The notes beneath the pieces were generated by a model. The model did no database searches, was not told the origin of the DNA, and saw nothing but the letters and a program-made list of their open reading frames with translations. This document shows positions 46,853-57,460 of a stretch of 64,000 bases of DNA, in pieces. Every line of letters begins with the position of its first letter. Position 1 is the first letter of the stretch. A program made the translations under genes and the position numbers. Source of the stretch: the human T2T-CHM13v2.0 reference genome, Homo sapiens; the NCBI RefSeq assembly GCF_009914755.1, contig NC_060936.1. One strand, 5' to 3'.

Positions 46853-49110
46853 ATGGAAAATAAAAAGTTTTTTTTGTGTTTTTTTTTCCCATTGGTAAGG
46901 AAGCTAGGGCAGCCCAATAGATCATGACGACAAGTGAGCGGTGATATTCTTGGAATGGCTATCCCCACAATTCAAGTGACTGGCCTTAGTCCAGGTCTTT
47001 ATTTCTAGGTCTTAAAAATGATATGTGTCGGAGCATCACCAAAGGTTTTTTTTTTTATTGGAAATTGCTATAACTAAGGACAGATATGATTGGAATTTGG
47101 AAGGCAGCATTTATCATTGCTAAATTGGATTGCTTATATTTATAGTTCTTTCAAAAGTACCAAACGTGGAAGGCTCCACTTGCAACAATTCTATAATATT
47201 GTATGTTAGCTTAAAAAATATGAGAATAAGGTACTTTTGAGACTTGATATTATAAATACAGTTTGGAAAATATACATCATACCTTAAAACCTGAAACCAG
47301 AAGTCTAATCAATTCAGGCCATTCAGTGGCATTTATCTAGGAATGTATACTGAACACAGGCATTTTGAAGATCAAATAGCTACAATAAAAACAACCCAAA
47401 CAATCCAAACTACAGTCTAGCAAACTATGACCAGTAAGAACAAAATTGTAAAATTTCTGTAAATGTTATCATCTGAGTAAATATATATTATAAATTCTAC
47501 ATATGTAGAATAAAGACTAAAAGCCAATTTTTTTTTCTACAAAACTAGGTTTATAGAATGTTGCAGTAAGGTGTGGGCTTAGACAATAAAACTATTTTCC
47601 CTTTAAAAAATAAATATTTTAAACTGCACGGCTGCCTGAAACTTCAGATAGCTATGGAATTATCCCCCAAATGTGTAAAATAATAAATTATAAACTATCA
47701 TCAGAGCCTATATATTTGTATTAACCAGCAATATTACTTATGAAAGTAATGATTGGGCCGCCTATGAAAGGAAAAATAAAAAAATACAAGTGAGTACTTG
47801 GAACTGTTTTCTAACCTTATGCCATATTGTATTTTGTCAAAGTAATCTCCAAGATACATAAAATAAAGATATTTTTGAGAGATAAGTCTGGGGCTAGAAT
47901 TGCCAAATATGCATTTAAAAAGTGTTAAATAGTTTTTTAAAGATCACTTTTAACATACAATCCAGAAAATGAGCAGTTTCTATGATATTGAGCACCATTA
48001 ATTGAAATGTTTGTGCCTTTGCTTTGATACATCTGCCTCACAGATGATTCAGAAGCTTTTTTGATTAAATAATCTATGCTTCTAAGTTGAAAAACACATA
48101 GGGAGAGTATTTACTTTGACTTAGTTTGGTAGCATGGTGGTGTACATAGAATATTGTACTGTGTATTAGGATAATCAGGTCCAGATATTGAGTCATCAGA
48201 CAGTTTACTGCTATTATAAATTGCAATATTTATGAAAACAATAATAAACACAATAATGGTAACAGCATCGATGATGTCAAGACTAAAATTTAAAATTCCA
48301 AAAGAAATAATTACAATACATAAAGTGGTTTAGAACTCTTAAGAACTGATTTTTAAAAATCTTGCGCAATAGACCAAACATTTTATTTTCCTAAACTAAT
48401 AATATAAAGGAGCCTAAGCTGATAACTGTTTTACTAACTAGAAATATCTCAATAACAGAGAGGAACAAAATTACTGTAGCCTGTGTGTTTGACAAGATTT
48501 GATGAGGGATGGAAATGGAAGAACATCAAAATAGAGGTAGTTATCATGCTGAGTGGAGTAGTTCCAGAATGGCTAATGAGAAATCTTACATACCTGCAGA
48601 ATCTATCCCACTTAGGCATCAGTTTAAAAGTTATCACTTTCTACTACTTCTAATACATAAGAAGAATATTTCTAACTCCAGTACAAGATATTATAATGTA
48701 TTTGGCTAGCACTGTTAAATTGACTTGAGAACAGATTTATCTGAACTGTGAAAGCAAATAAAATGATAAATCCAGGGCAAGAAATATCAAAATATTTCTT
48801 TAAAATAAACAAAAGAAATATCTCTGAGATTACTTCTCATGAGAAATTGACTGCAGAGGTAATTTCTACAAACTGAAGATATATAGAAGAACAATTTGGA
48901 AGGTTCCCAAATGTCACTGAAACAATATGGCCTTGAGAAGAGATAAATTGGACAGATGGAATCATGCAAATGTCACCTATTGGAAATATGAACAGGAGGT
49001 GACTGATGTAATAAAAGCAGCTTGTAACCAGAAAGCTCAGGACCTGACTTATTGCAGATTTCTGGTACAAGAAGTTCATGACAACACTTGGAGTTGTTGC
49101 AGGATATATC
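46853..49110 (+). pseudogene. Putative unprocessed IgSF pseudogene: leader exon 46853-46894 plus a multi-Ig exon 48044-49110 (V-V/J-like-C)
   Basis: MENKKFFLCFFFP|gtaagg; acceptor ctcacag|; Ig V-set strand motifs with correct spacing in two tandem copies; degenerate GxGTxLxV; phase-1 donor c|gtgagt; many stops and frameshifts. Confidence 0.55.
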
Positions 49111-49369
49111 GTGAGTAAATCAGAATAATACTGGATTTAATAAGACACAGAAACGAGTAACAACTGCAAATAACAGTATTTTGAAGTCAGTAGAATTTAC
49201 ATCAGTAACATTTTACCTGCTTTCTATAAGCTATTGGCATGAGTTTTGTTATAGATTTGTCCCGTTGGGAGAGAAATATCTCCACTGATGAGCTTAAAGG
49301 ATTTTACAAATTACCGAAGGACTAAAAAATTAAACTCTTATAGAATGTATCTGTCGCCTCCAGGTACCT

Positions 49370-49750
49370 CATGTTCCAGTCACCCACTACCCTAATGCAT
49401 ACCTTTACTTTTCCAAGTTACATATCTTTGCTAATGCTTTTTGCTTTTCATGGCATCCCTACTTCCCCATTTTTACATATCCCAATCTCACCTTCAAATA
49501 CCACTTGCTTCATGAAGCCATTTCTGATCCTCTCAGTGAGATACCTTCTCTTCCTTGTCTGAACTCTACAGTCATAACTCATGTATGGCTTTTTTGCTTT
49601 TGACCTCATATTATAGCTAGTTATATTCTTATATTATTTCCTTATTAAATATAAATTCCTCAAGGGAAGAGTTTAATCAGAATGATTTTCTCTACAGCAG
49701 CTAACACAGTATCTTGTATATACAGTAAGCATTTGTTAAATGAACAAACA
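49370..49750 (+). mobile_element. L2 3' end
   Basis: taaattcctcaaggga...cagtaagcatttgttaaatgaac. Confidence 0.7.
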
Positions 49751-50149
49751 AATCATAGCCTAATTTCCAAACAGTTAATAAACTAAGAAATATGATTGCG
49801 TCTACTTGTGATTCTTCTAGTTATTTACAGGTTTCATAAAGGTACAGGCAGTCCCTGCCCTTTGTTACTTTATAATAAGTTGTGCTATCCATGTAGCACA
49901 TGGTAGCTAATTAATACTATCTAATAAATAATTACTATTAATAATTAGTAATTGATATTACTACTAATAATTACTATTAATTAGGTAGTATTAATTGATG
50001 CAGCTTAATTAATACTTGTGCCTCCATTCTGAAGTTCATTTGTTCTTTTATTATCTCAGCCTATGCAAATATGTATTAGGGTACTAAGTTGTGCTTTTTT
50101 TTAAAAAAAAGTTATGTTTTTAGAGCTTTGTTATATATTTTAAAGCAGT

Positions 50150-50470
50150 TTACAATTTAGATACTTTGAGTCAAATAGGACATGCAGAAATATTTGTGTG
50201 ACTTGCATATTATTTTTAAAACATTAAATAATTGTCAACATCTTAATATTATAATAAGAATTAACATTAAAAACACTAGATTCCTGCCTTCTCTTGAAAA
50301 ATTAGATTTGGTAATACTATGTCCCTATTTTTCAGGACAACAATTTGCTGGATTCAAATAGTGCCAGCCCCTTTAGGCATGGAATGTTCTCTGGTTTTGG
50401 ACAGTTCCACCAGGCCCTTTTTCTTATATGTTTCTCACCTGGTCATTTTAGACCCTTGAGTTTATTATTC
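50150..50470. mobile_element. MER102-like hAT element
   Basis: cttgaaaaattagatttggtaatact...gcccctttag. Confidence 0.5.
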
Positions 50471-50497
50471 TTATTTTAATGTTCCTTTTGAAAAGGG

Positions 50498-50905
50498 ATA
50501 TAGCAGAGACCTTAGCTCTCCATTAAAATCAGTTTCTTTGTCCTGGATCTGAAGCTAGACTATGTTTTTCTAGCTGTCCATGCAGTTGAGTTTGGCCAGG
50601 AGATTGAGTTCTAGCCAATGAATGGAGTAGAAGCAATACTTATTACTTTTCAGGCTACCCCATGCAAACTTCCATGCAGACTTCTCCACTGTCTTTTTCC
50701 TTCTGATAGCTGGATGCTAATGAACATAAGGGCCCATGTACCTGGCAGAGCCACGAATGGAAGGAGTCTGATTCTTCAATGACCCTGACTGTAGAAGAGC
50801 TGACCTACTGACTGTTATGCTTCCTGTTATGTGAGCAAAATGTATACAACTATGGTAAAACTTTATTTAGGTCTCTTTATTATGGCAGTTAGCCTACCCT
50901 AAATA
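50498..50905 (+). mobile_element. Old MLT1 (I/J-like) LTR
   Basis: tgagttctagccaatgaa, ggcagagccac..atggaaggagtctg, ggcagttagcctaccctaa. Confidence 0.7.
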
Positions 50906-52074
50906 ATCCAGAGTGCTAATGACCTGGTAATTGTTGATGGCAGTCCTGTATGAAGGTACCTGATTCTTGGTAACAAATAAGAAGGTAGAAGAAGACTGAG
51001 AATGGATGACTTATTTTTCCTGGCGGCACCATTGGTTTTGTTATATAGAGCTACATTTGAAGTTTTGGATTCAATTCAGTACACAATTAAGAAGTGTCTG
51101 GTGTGCAGGGCCTTGTAAATAAATTTCAGTAGTAGGAAGGGGTGAAGGAAAGAAATGTTGGGTCATCCTTGACTTTTAAAATGCTTTCTACGCAGAGAAG
51201 CCCTATCATTAGCATCAACAACGATCCTCTACTGACCTCCGGGCTTAATGCTTCGAGTTCGTCTCCAAGGTCAGTAGAATGATTTTGAATTTCTCTACTA
51301 GCTTTATTGGAATTTGTTAAGAGAAAAAGAACCCCAGTTTCAACTCACTTGTGCAGCTTCTTCAAAGGGCCCTGGGCTAACCAAACCAGCTCACTTTTCT
51401 CTTTATAAATTACAAAGTTGCAAGCAACAATAATTTAAATTAAATATTTAATGTGTATTATCATCTGCATATTAGTTTAAGGTTAATTTGAAGCTATAAA
51501 CCTAGTTATATGTAGCATGATTTAGAATTAAATATGTATATGCTAATAGTATACTGGAGAATATTATACCTGTTTATAAGATTTGAAGCATGATTTTCAT
51601 TGACTGGAGACTAGTTTCTACAATCATTCTGTCTTTGAAGTCTTCATCAGGGCAGGTCTCTGTGGGGAGAAGCCTAGAAATTTCTAGCTGCTCTGCTTGC
51701 TATTGGGTGGATAACTTCAATTTTGGAGATAAGGACAAGGAAGTTGATCAATTTTGAACTTTTATGTGCTGTCCATGGCTGTAATATACTCAATGGCCTA
51801 CACCTCCCACTTATTATGTTGTTTTTATAGTTTGCTCAATGGCAACCCACTTTATGACATGATTTTCAGAAACACATTGCAATAAAAGTAGAAAATATTC
51901 AACATCTTTTAAATGTGGAGTTTGGGTAGAAATGTTTTATATCTGTCAAATTGAGAGCCATCCTGTCACTGAATGCATTATGTGGAACTTATTAAATAAC
52001 AATGGCTTTACAGGTGAATGGTATTTTAGAGCCCTGAAATGTTAGAAATCAAAATAGTCCTTTGACTTTCAGTG

Positions 52075-53098
52075 TGTCTACCCAACTTACCTTCTTTGGA
52101 ATTTTCCCCACATTTTCTCCTGAAGAAGTAGACCTAGGCTCGAGTAACCTTACCCTTTTGGCTATAACTGGAGTAACTGTCCACAACAGGGATGGACAGT
52201 TGATTTAAACTGAACCAGTTAAATTATCTCACTTTCCTTTGTTTGAATTAAGAGCTGTAGAGACTGAATTGGACAGCTGGAGGCCCCAGACTGTTGTTAG
52301 GGAATGAATGAATCAAGTAATTATGCTAAAGAAAAAGATTCAGGACTTCAGTGGTACCAAAATATCAGCTTTGCTATTAGTAAATGTGAGTTGGAAAATC
52401 ACCTGGACTCAGGACCAAAATTGGCTGGCTTCTTACCTCTTACCTCCGTAGTTGAAGTTTTCTTCTAGTAGCAGAAAGAACAGATATAATTTCACAGACC
52501 TCCCCTTATCCACTCCTGCTGAAAGCAAGACCTGCCAGGATAAGCATTCTGTACAGCGATCATACCACCCTGGTGGAGAAAGAATACCCAAGGTGTATAG
52601 GAAGGGCAGGCCCCAAAAGAAAGAGAATCAACAAAAGCCTGGATTCTATATGTCCAAAGATGCTCTTCTCAGCCTCACCAGTCAGATAGATCCTGTTCAG
52701 GGAAGGAAGTGTAGGAAGAGGGTAAAGAGAAGATACACTTCCTTCCCAATACTCTTGAAACAGGGAAAATGTCCAGTTTTATGGGCCAAAGCAGGAGTCT
52801 GGGGCTGGCGAGAGGCTTATTTTCTCCATATTGTCTTGGAACCAGTGTTGTAAGACAATGTTATGGGGGAATAGGAATTAGGAGTCTGTAAAGAGAAATA
52901 ATATGGGCAGAGGAGGGGAGATATCAAACAGTTGGCAGAAAATGAGGAAAAAGTAGCTACCTGACATTTCTATCCCCATGAGGCTTGCCCCTTCTTCTTA
53001 GTATGGGTTCTGTGAGAGTCCCCCAACTCTTTATAACAAACTTCTATTACTTAACTTGGATGAAAACTCTCCTCTTTAACCAAGCCATCCCTAAGACA
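52075..53098 (+). mobile_element. LTR16-like ERVL LTR, apparently with an insertion of about 550 bp (about 52292-52848)
   Basis: LTR16-type text on both sides (aactgaaccagtt...; catgaggcttg...ccctaagaca). Confidence 0.4.
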
Positions 53099-53460
53099 CT
53101 AACTAACCTTTACTAAAACTTTATTATGTGCTCAACACTGTGTTATGTACCCGATAATCTTGAGTTAATTTGGTGAAAGGCTGATTTGTTGTAATGAATG
53201 TAATTAAAGATTTGATATTTAAAAGGTTTAGCATTTTAATAGCCCCCTTTGCCCCAATATAGACTCCCAGAAATTGCACAGAATGTGATAAGGAGCACTT
53301 AGTAAAATCTTCTCTCGAACACTAGTTCATGTGTGGAGAATTATTAAACGCTTTCTTTAGATAAGATATAATTCCCCAGAATTGCTGTGAATACATTTGT
53401 CATAGTTCTAACGTTTATTTGACATTATAAAATGGTCAAGTACAGACAAAAAGATCATGA

Positions 53461-53545
53461 TATTAGGTTTAGCCATATGACATTTTCATTTTTTTAATAG
53501 GTCAAAATAGTCGAATATTGGTAATTTCATATGCATCAACTTCAT
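53461..53545. mobile_element. MADE2-like mariner MITE
   Basis: tattaggttt..ccatatga ... aatttcatatg..tcaac inverted ends, about 80 bp. Confidence 0.6.
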
Positions 53546-54778
53546 TAAGCACCATAATAGTGTTAATGGCTTTGTGTATCTGAGAGATGAGGGCTTCTTC
53601 ATGCAGAGTTTGGAGTCTAGTCTAAGTTTTAGTTTAGAGTCTAGTCTAGACTAAAGCATACAGAAGTGGTGCCCAAACCCCAGTTAAAACTTTGCACAGT
53701 TTGTCTGTGCAAAATGAGAGAAATAATGACAGTATAAAGGATTTTTTCAACAGTTAAATGTCTTCAATTTTAAAATCCTGATATTATGGGATTTGGGCTG
53801 ATAAAATATATATTTCTTTGTAAAGTGATGTTATAGTAGATGGTACTTTTAAAATCTACTCACTCAAAAATAAAAACCAGTGGAAAGTGTATATCAGCCT
53901 TCAAATTTGTTCTTGAATTTTTACTAATCTGTAAAATACAAATGTTTAGGAACCACCCAAGGGTACATAAAATAGCTAGAAGCAGTACAACACAAATGTA
54001 GGCAAGTAGGGAAAATCAAAGGTTGTGCAGGCCACTCGTTCATCATGAATTTTTAGTTTTTTTTATTTTTATTTATTCATGAAATATAGAACACCAAAGG
54101 TTATTTCTTGCTACCCTTAGGGGCAGAGGGTCTTCGGTGCCTGGGGTCTTCTTTTCTGCTGTCACCTGTATTTCTCCTTTGCTGGATGTACAGGCATAAC
54201 TTTTTCTTGCAATCCATTGGTGGGGAGGTAACATCCTTCCAGTTCCTTCTCTTCCAAAGCCTGAGCAAGATGATTACAGAGAAGTTACTACTCTGTATCT
54301 GACCCTCCCCTCCCCGCTTCTTCCCCAGCCCAAGCACATGTTTAATTACTGCAGAGGTTTCTGATGTTTTTTAATGGGGCATCTTGAGGGTCTCAAAATA
54401 CCAGAACTAATCAAGAAGAAGAGATGAAGGTTTTAACTCTCTTCCTTTCTCTCTTATAGTATGGAAAGGAAGAACCTTCCTTTAATTGTCTTCAGAAAAT
54501 CCTCTCTCCCCTGAATGACTTCTCTTTCCTTGATATTTTTCTGTCTTCTTTCCTGTTCCCTGTTTTTTTCCCTACTCCTCCTCCCTCATAGAATGCAATT
54601 TCTATTCCCCTTACCTGCAATTTCTTCTTGTGTCTTAAGAGCTTCAGGCCTTGACTGTATCTGATTTGGAGGTGAAGGGTATGGCTTTTTGCCCCATTCT
54701 TTAGGGAAAACTAAGATTTTCCAAATCTGGTTCAGTCTGCCCTCCAGCAGTTGTTATGGTTGATTTCCTCAGTAATTT

Positions 54779-56526
54779 TGAGAGGTGACAGCGTGCTGGC
54801 AGTCCTCAGAGCCCTCGCTTGCTCTTGGCACCTCCCCTGCCTGGGCTCCCACTTTGGCGGCATCTGAAGAGCCCTTCAGCCCCCCCACTGCACTGTGGGA
54901 GCCCCTTTCTGGGCTGGCCAAGGCTGGAGCCCACTCCCTCAGCTTGCAGGGAGGTCTGGAGGGAGAGGCTTGAGCGGGAACCGGGGCTGCCTGCGGCGCT
55001 TGCGGGCCAGCTGGAGTTCTGGGTGGGCGTGGGCTTGGCGGGCCCGCACTCGCACTCGGAGCAGCCGGCCAGCCCTGCTGGCCCCGGGCAATGAGGGACT
55101 TAGCACCCGGGCCAGTGGCTCCGGAGGGTGTACTGGGTCCCCCAGCAGTGCCGGCCCACCGGGGCTGTGCTCGATTTCTCGCCGGGCCTTAGCTGGCTTC
55201 CCGCGGGGCAGGGCTGGGGACCTGCAGCCCGCCATGCCTGAACCTCCCACCCACTCCATGGGCTCCTGTGCCGCCCTAGCCTCCCCGACGAGCACCACCC
55301 CCTGCTCCACGGCGCCCAGTCCCATCCACCACCCAAGGGCTGAGGAATGCGAGCGCACGGCGCAGGACTGGCAGGCAGCTCCACCTGCAGCCCCTGTGCG
55401 GGATCCACTAGGTGAAGCCAGCTGGGCTCCTGAGTCTGGTGGGGACGTGGAGAGTCTTTACGTCTAGCTCAGGGATTGTAAATACACCAATCAGCACCCT
55501 GTGTTTAGCTCAAGGTTTGTGAGTGCACCAATCTACACTGTATCTAGCTGCTCTGGTGGGGCCTTGGAGAACCTTTATGTCTAGCTCAGGGATTGTAAAT
55601 ACACCAATCAGCACATTGTGAGTGCACCAATGGACACTCTGTATCTAGCTGCTCTGGTAGGGCCTTGGAGAACCTTTATGTCTAGCTCAGGGATTGTAAA
55701 TACACCACTCGGCACTCTGTATCTAGCTCAAGGTTTGTAAATACACCAATCAGCACCCTGTGTTTAGCTCAAGGTTTGTGAATGCACCACTCTGTATCTA
55801 GCTGCTCTGGTGGGGCCTTGGAGAACCTGTGTGTGGAAACTCTGTATCTAACTAATCTGATGGGGACGTGGAGAACCTTTGTATCTAGCTCAGGGATTGT
55901 AAAAGCACCAATCAGCCTGACAAAACAGGCCACTCAGCTCTACCAATCAGCAGGATGTGGGTGGGGCCAGATAAGAGAATAAAAGTAGGCTGCCGGAGCC
56001 AGCATTGACAACCAGTTGGGGTCCCCTTCCACATTGTGGAAGCTTTGTTCTTTCGCTCTTTGCAATAAATCTTGCTAGTGCTCACTCTTTGGGTCCATGC
56101 TGCTTTTATGAACTGTAACACTTGCCGCGAAGATCTGCAGCTTCACTCCTGAGCCCAGCGAGACCACGAGCCCACCGGGAGGAACGCACAACTCCAGACG
56201 CGCTGCCTTAAGAGCTGTAACACTCACAGCGAAGGTCTGCAGCTTCACTCCTGAGCCCAGCGAGACCACGAGGCCACCAGGAGGAACGAACAACTCCAGA
56301 CGCGCTGCCTTAAGAGCTGTAACACTCACCGCAAAGGTCTGCAGCTTCACTCCTGAGCCAGCGAGACCACGAACCCACCAGAAGGAAGAAACTCCAAACA
56401 CATCTGAACATCAGAAGGGGCAGACTCCAGACGCGCCACCTTAAGAGCTGTATAACACTCACCGCGAGGGTCCGCGGCTTCATTCTTGAAGTCAGTGAGA
56501 CCAAGAACCCACCAATTCCGGACACA
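54779..56526 (+). mobile_element. LTR12C (HERV9) solo LTR, 1748 bp
   Basis: tgagaggtgacagcgtgctggc start, ccggacaca end, TSD attt (54775-54778 / 56527-56530). Confidence 0.95.
55460..56010 (+). promoter_or_regulatory. LTR12C U3 enhancer/promoter: tandem CCAAT (NF-Y) repeats, GATA site, AATAAA TATA-like box
   Basis: Repeated caccaatcag units; cagataagagaataaaag at about 55968-55985. Confidence 0.75.
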
Positions 56527-57231
56527 ATTTCACTGAAGAAGCAAGGTAAGGATTTTTTTTTTTTTCATAGACAACACAGTATTATCTGAAAGTAGTAAAG
56601 TATTTCTTCTATTAATGTAATTTGACATTGCCCATTGCCAAACAACATCAGCAAATAGAATTATTTTACTAAAAAGATTTTGACTTTTTATTAGACATGG
56701 ATCTTTTTTTTTTTAAGTCCTACTACTGCAGTTGTAAGTGGCTCTCCTTTATTGGCGTGGGGGGTAGCACTAGTTCCAATTAGATTCCATTAGATTTTTA
56801 AGTCTCCTGGCTGATAGGAAGTAGGATAAAGAGTCTGTGTTGCCAGCTTATCTTATCAATTAGATGATAGAAACTATCATGGTGGAAGAGAGAAGGATGA
56901 GGCATATGACCAGGTGTTCAGAAGCTCACAGTTTAGATGGAACTGTACTCTTACCAATATTTATATCATCATGTACTAAGTAGTACACTAGCCTAGAAAC
57001 AGAATTTTGACATTCAGTACAAGAAGTACTTGATATTGAGGCAACTTTAAAAAGTCATATAGGATTAATTCATAATGGTTCATGAAGTGTTTTCCTTCTT
57101 ATTTCATTTGATCCTTGTGATTATGTTATGAAGTAGATATTGTTACCTTATTTTACGGATAATAAAAGCTCAGCAAGCTGAAATAACTTGGTTAAGGTCA
57201 TGTAGTGTACTAGGGTTCTTCAGAGAAACAC

Positions 57232-57232
<1 letters not shown>

Positions 57233-57286
<54 letters not shown>
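57233..57286. repeat. (AC)27 microsatellite
   Basis: Seen directly. Confidence 0.97.
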
Positions 57287-57288
<2 letters not shown>

Positions 57289-57361
57289 AGTCTCTATTTG
57301 CCATTTGCAAGCTGGAGTACCAAGAAAGCTAATGGTGTAATTCAGTCTGACTGAGGCCCGA

Positions 57362-57460
57362 GGTGGGGGGGGTGGTGGTGGTGGTGGTGGTGGTTGTGGT
57401 CGTGGTGGTGGTGGTGGTGGTGGTGGTGGTGGAGGAGGAGGAGGAGGAGGAGGAGGAGGA
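57362..57460. repeat. (GGT)n(GGA)n compound trinucleotide repeat
   Basis: Seen directly. Confidence 0.97.

Noticed and set aside
48495-48652. Alternate frame PEWLMRNLTYLQNLSHLGISL and HDNTWSCC (49078) suggesting a leucine-rich-repeat protein
   Set aside because: Only one LRR-like unit; the Ig reading explains far more positions with correct spacing and splice phase.
54615-54698. Faint resemblance of SRPEALKTQ to FAM216B
   Set aside because: Only a few residues match, with no support in the next exon.
54785-55467. Overlapping 90-190 aa ORFs and CpG-island-like sequence
   Set aside because: GC-rich U3 of LTR12C; long ORFs are expected there by chance.
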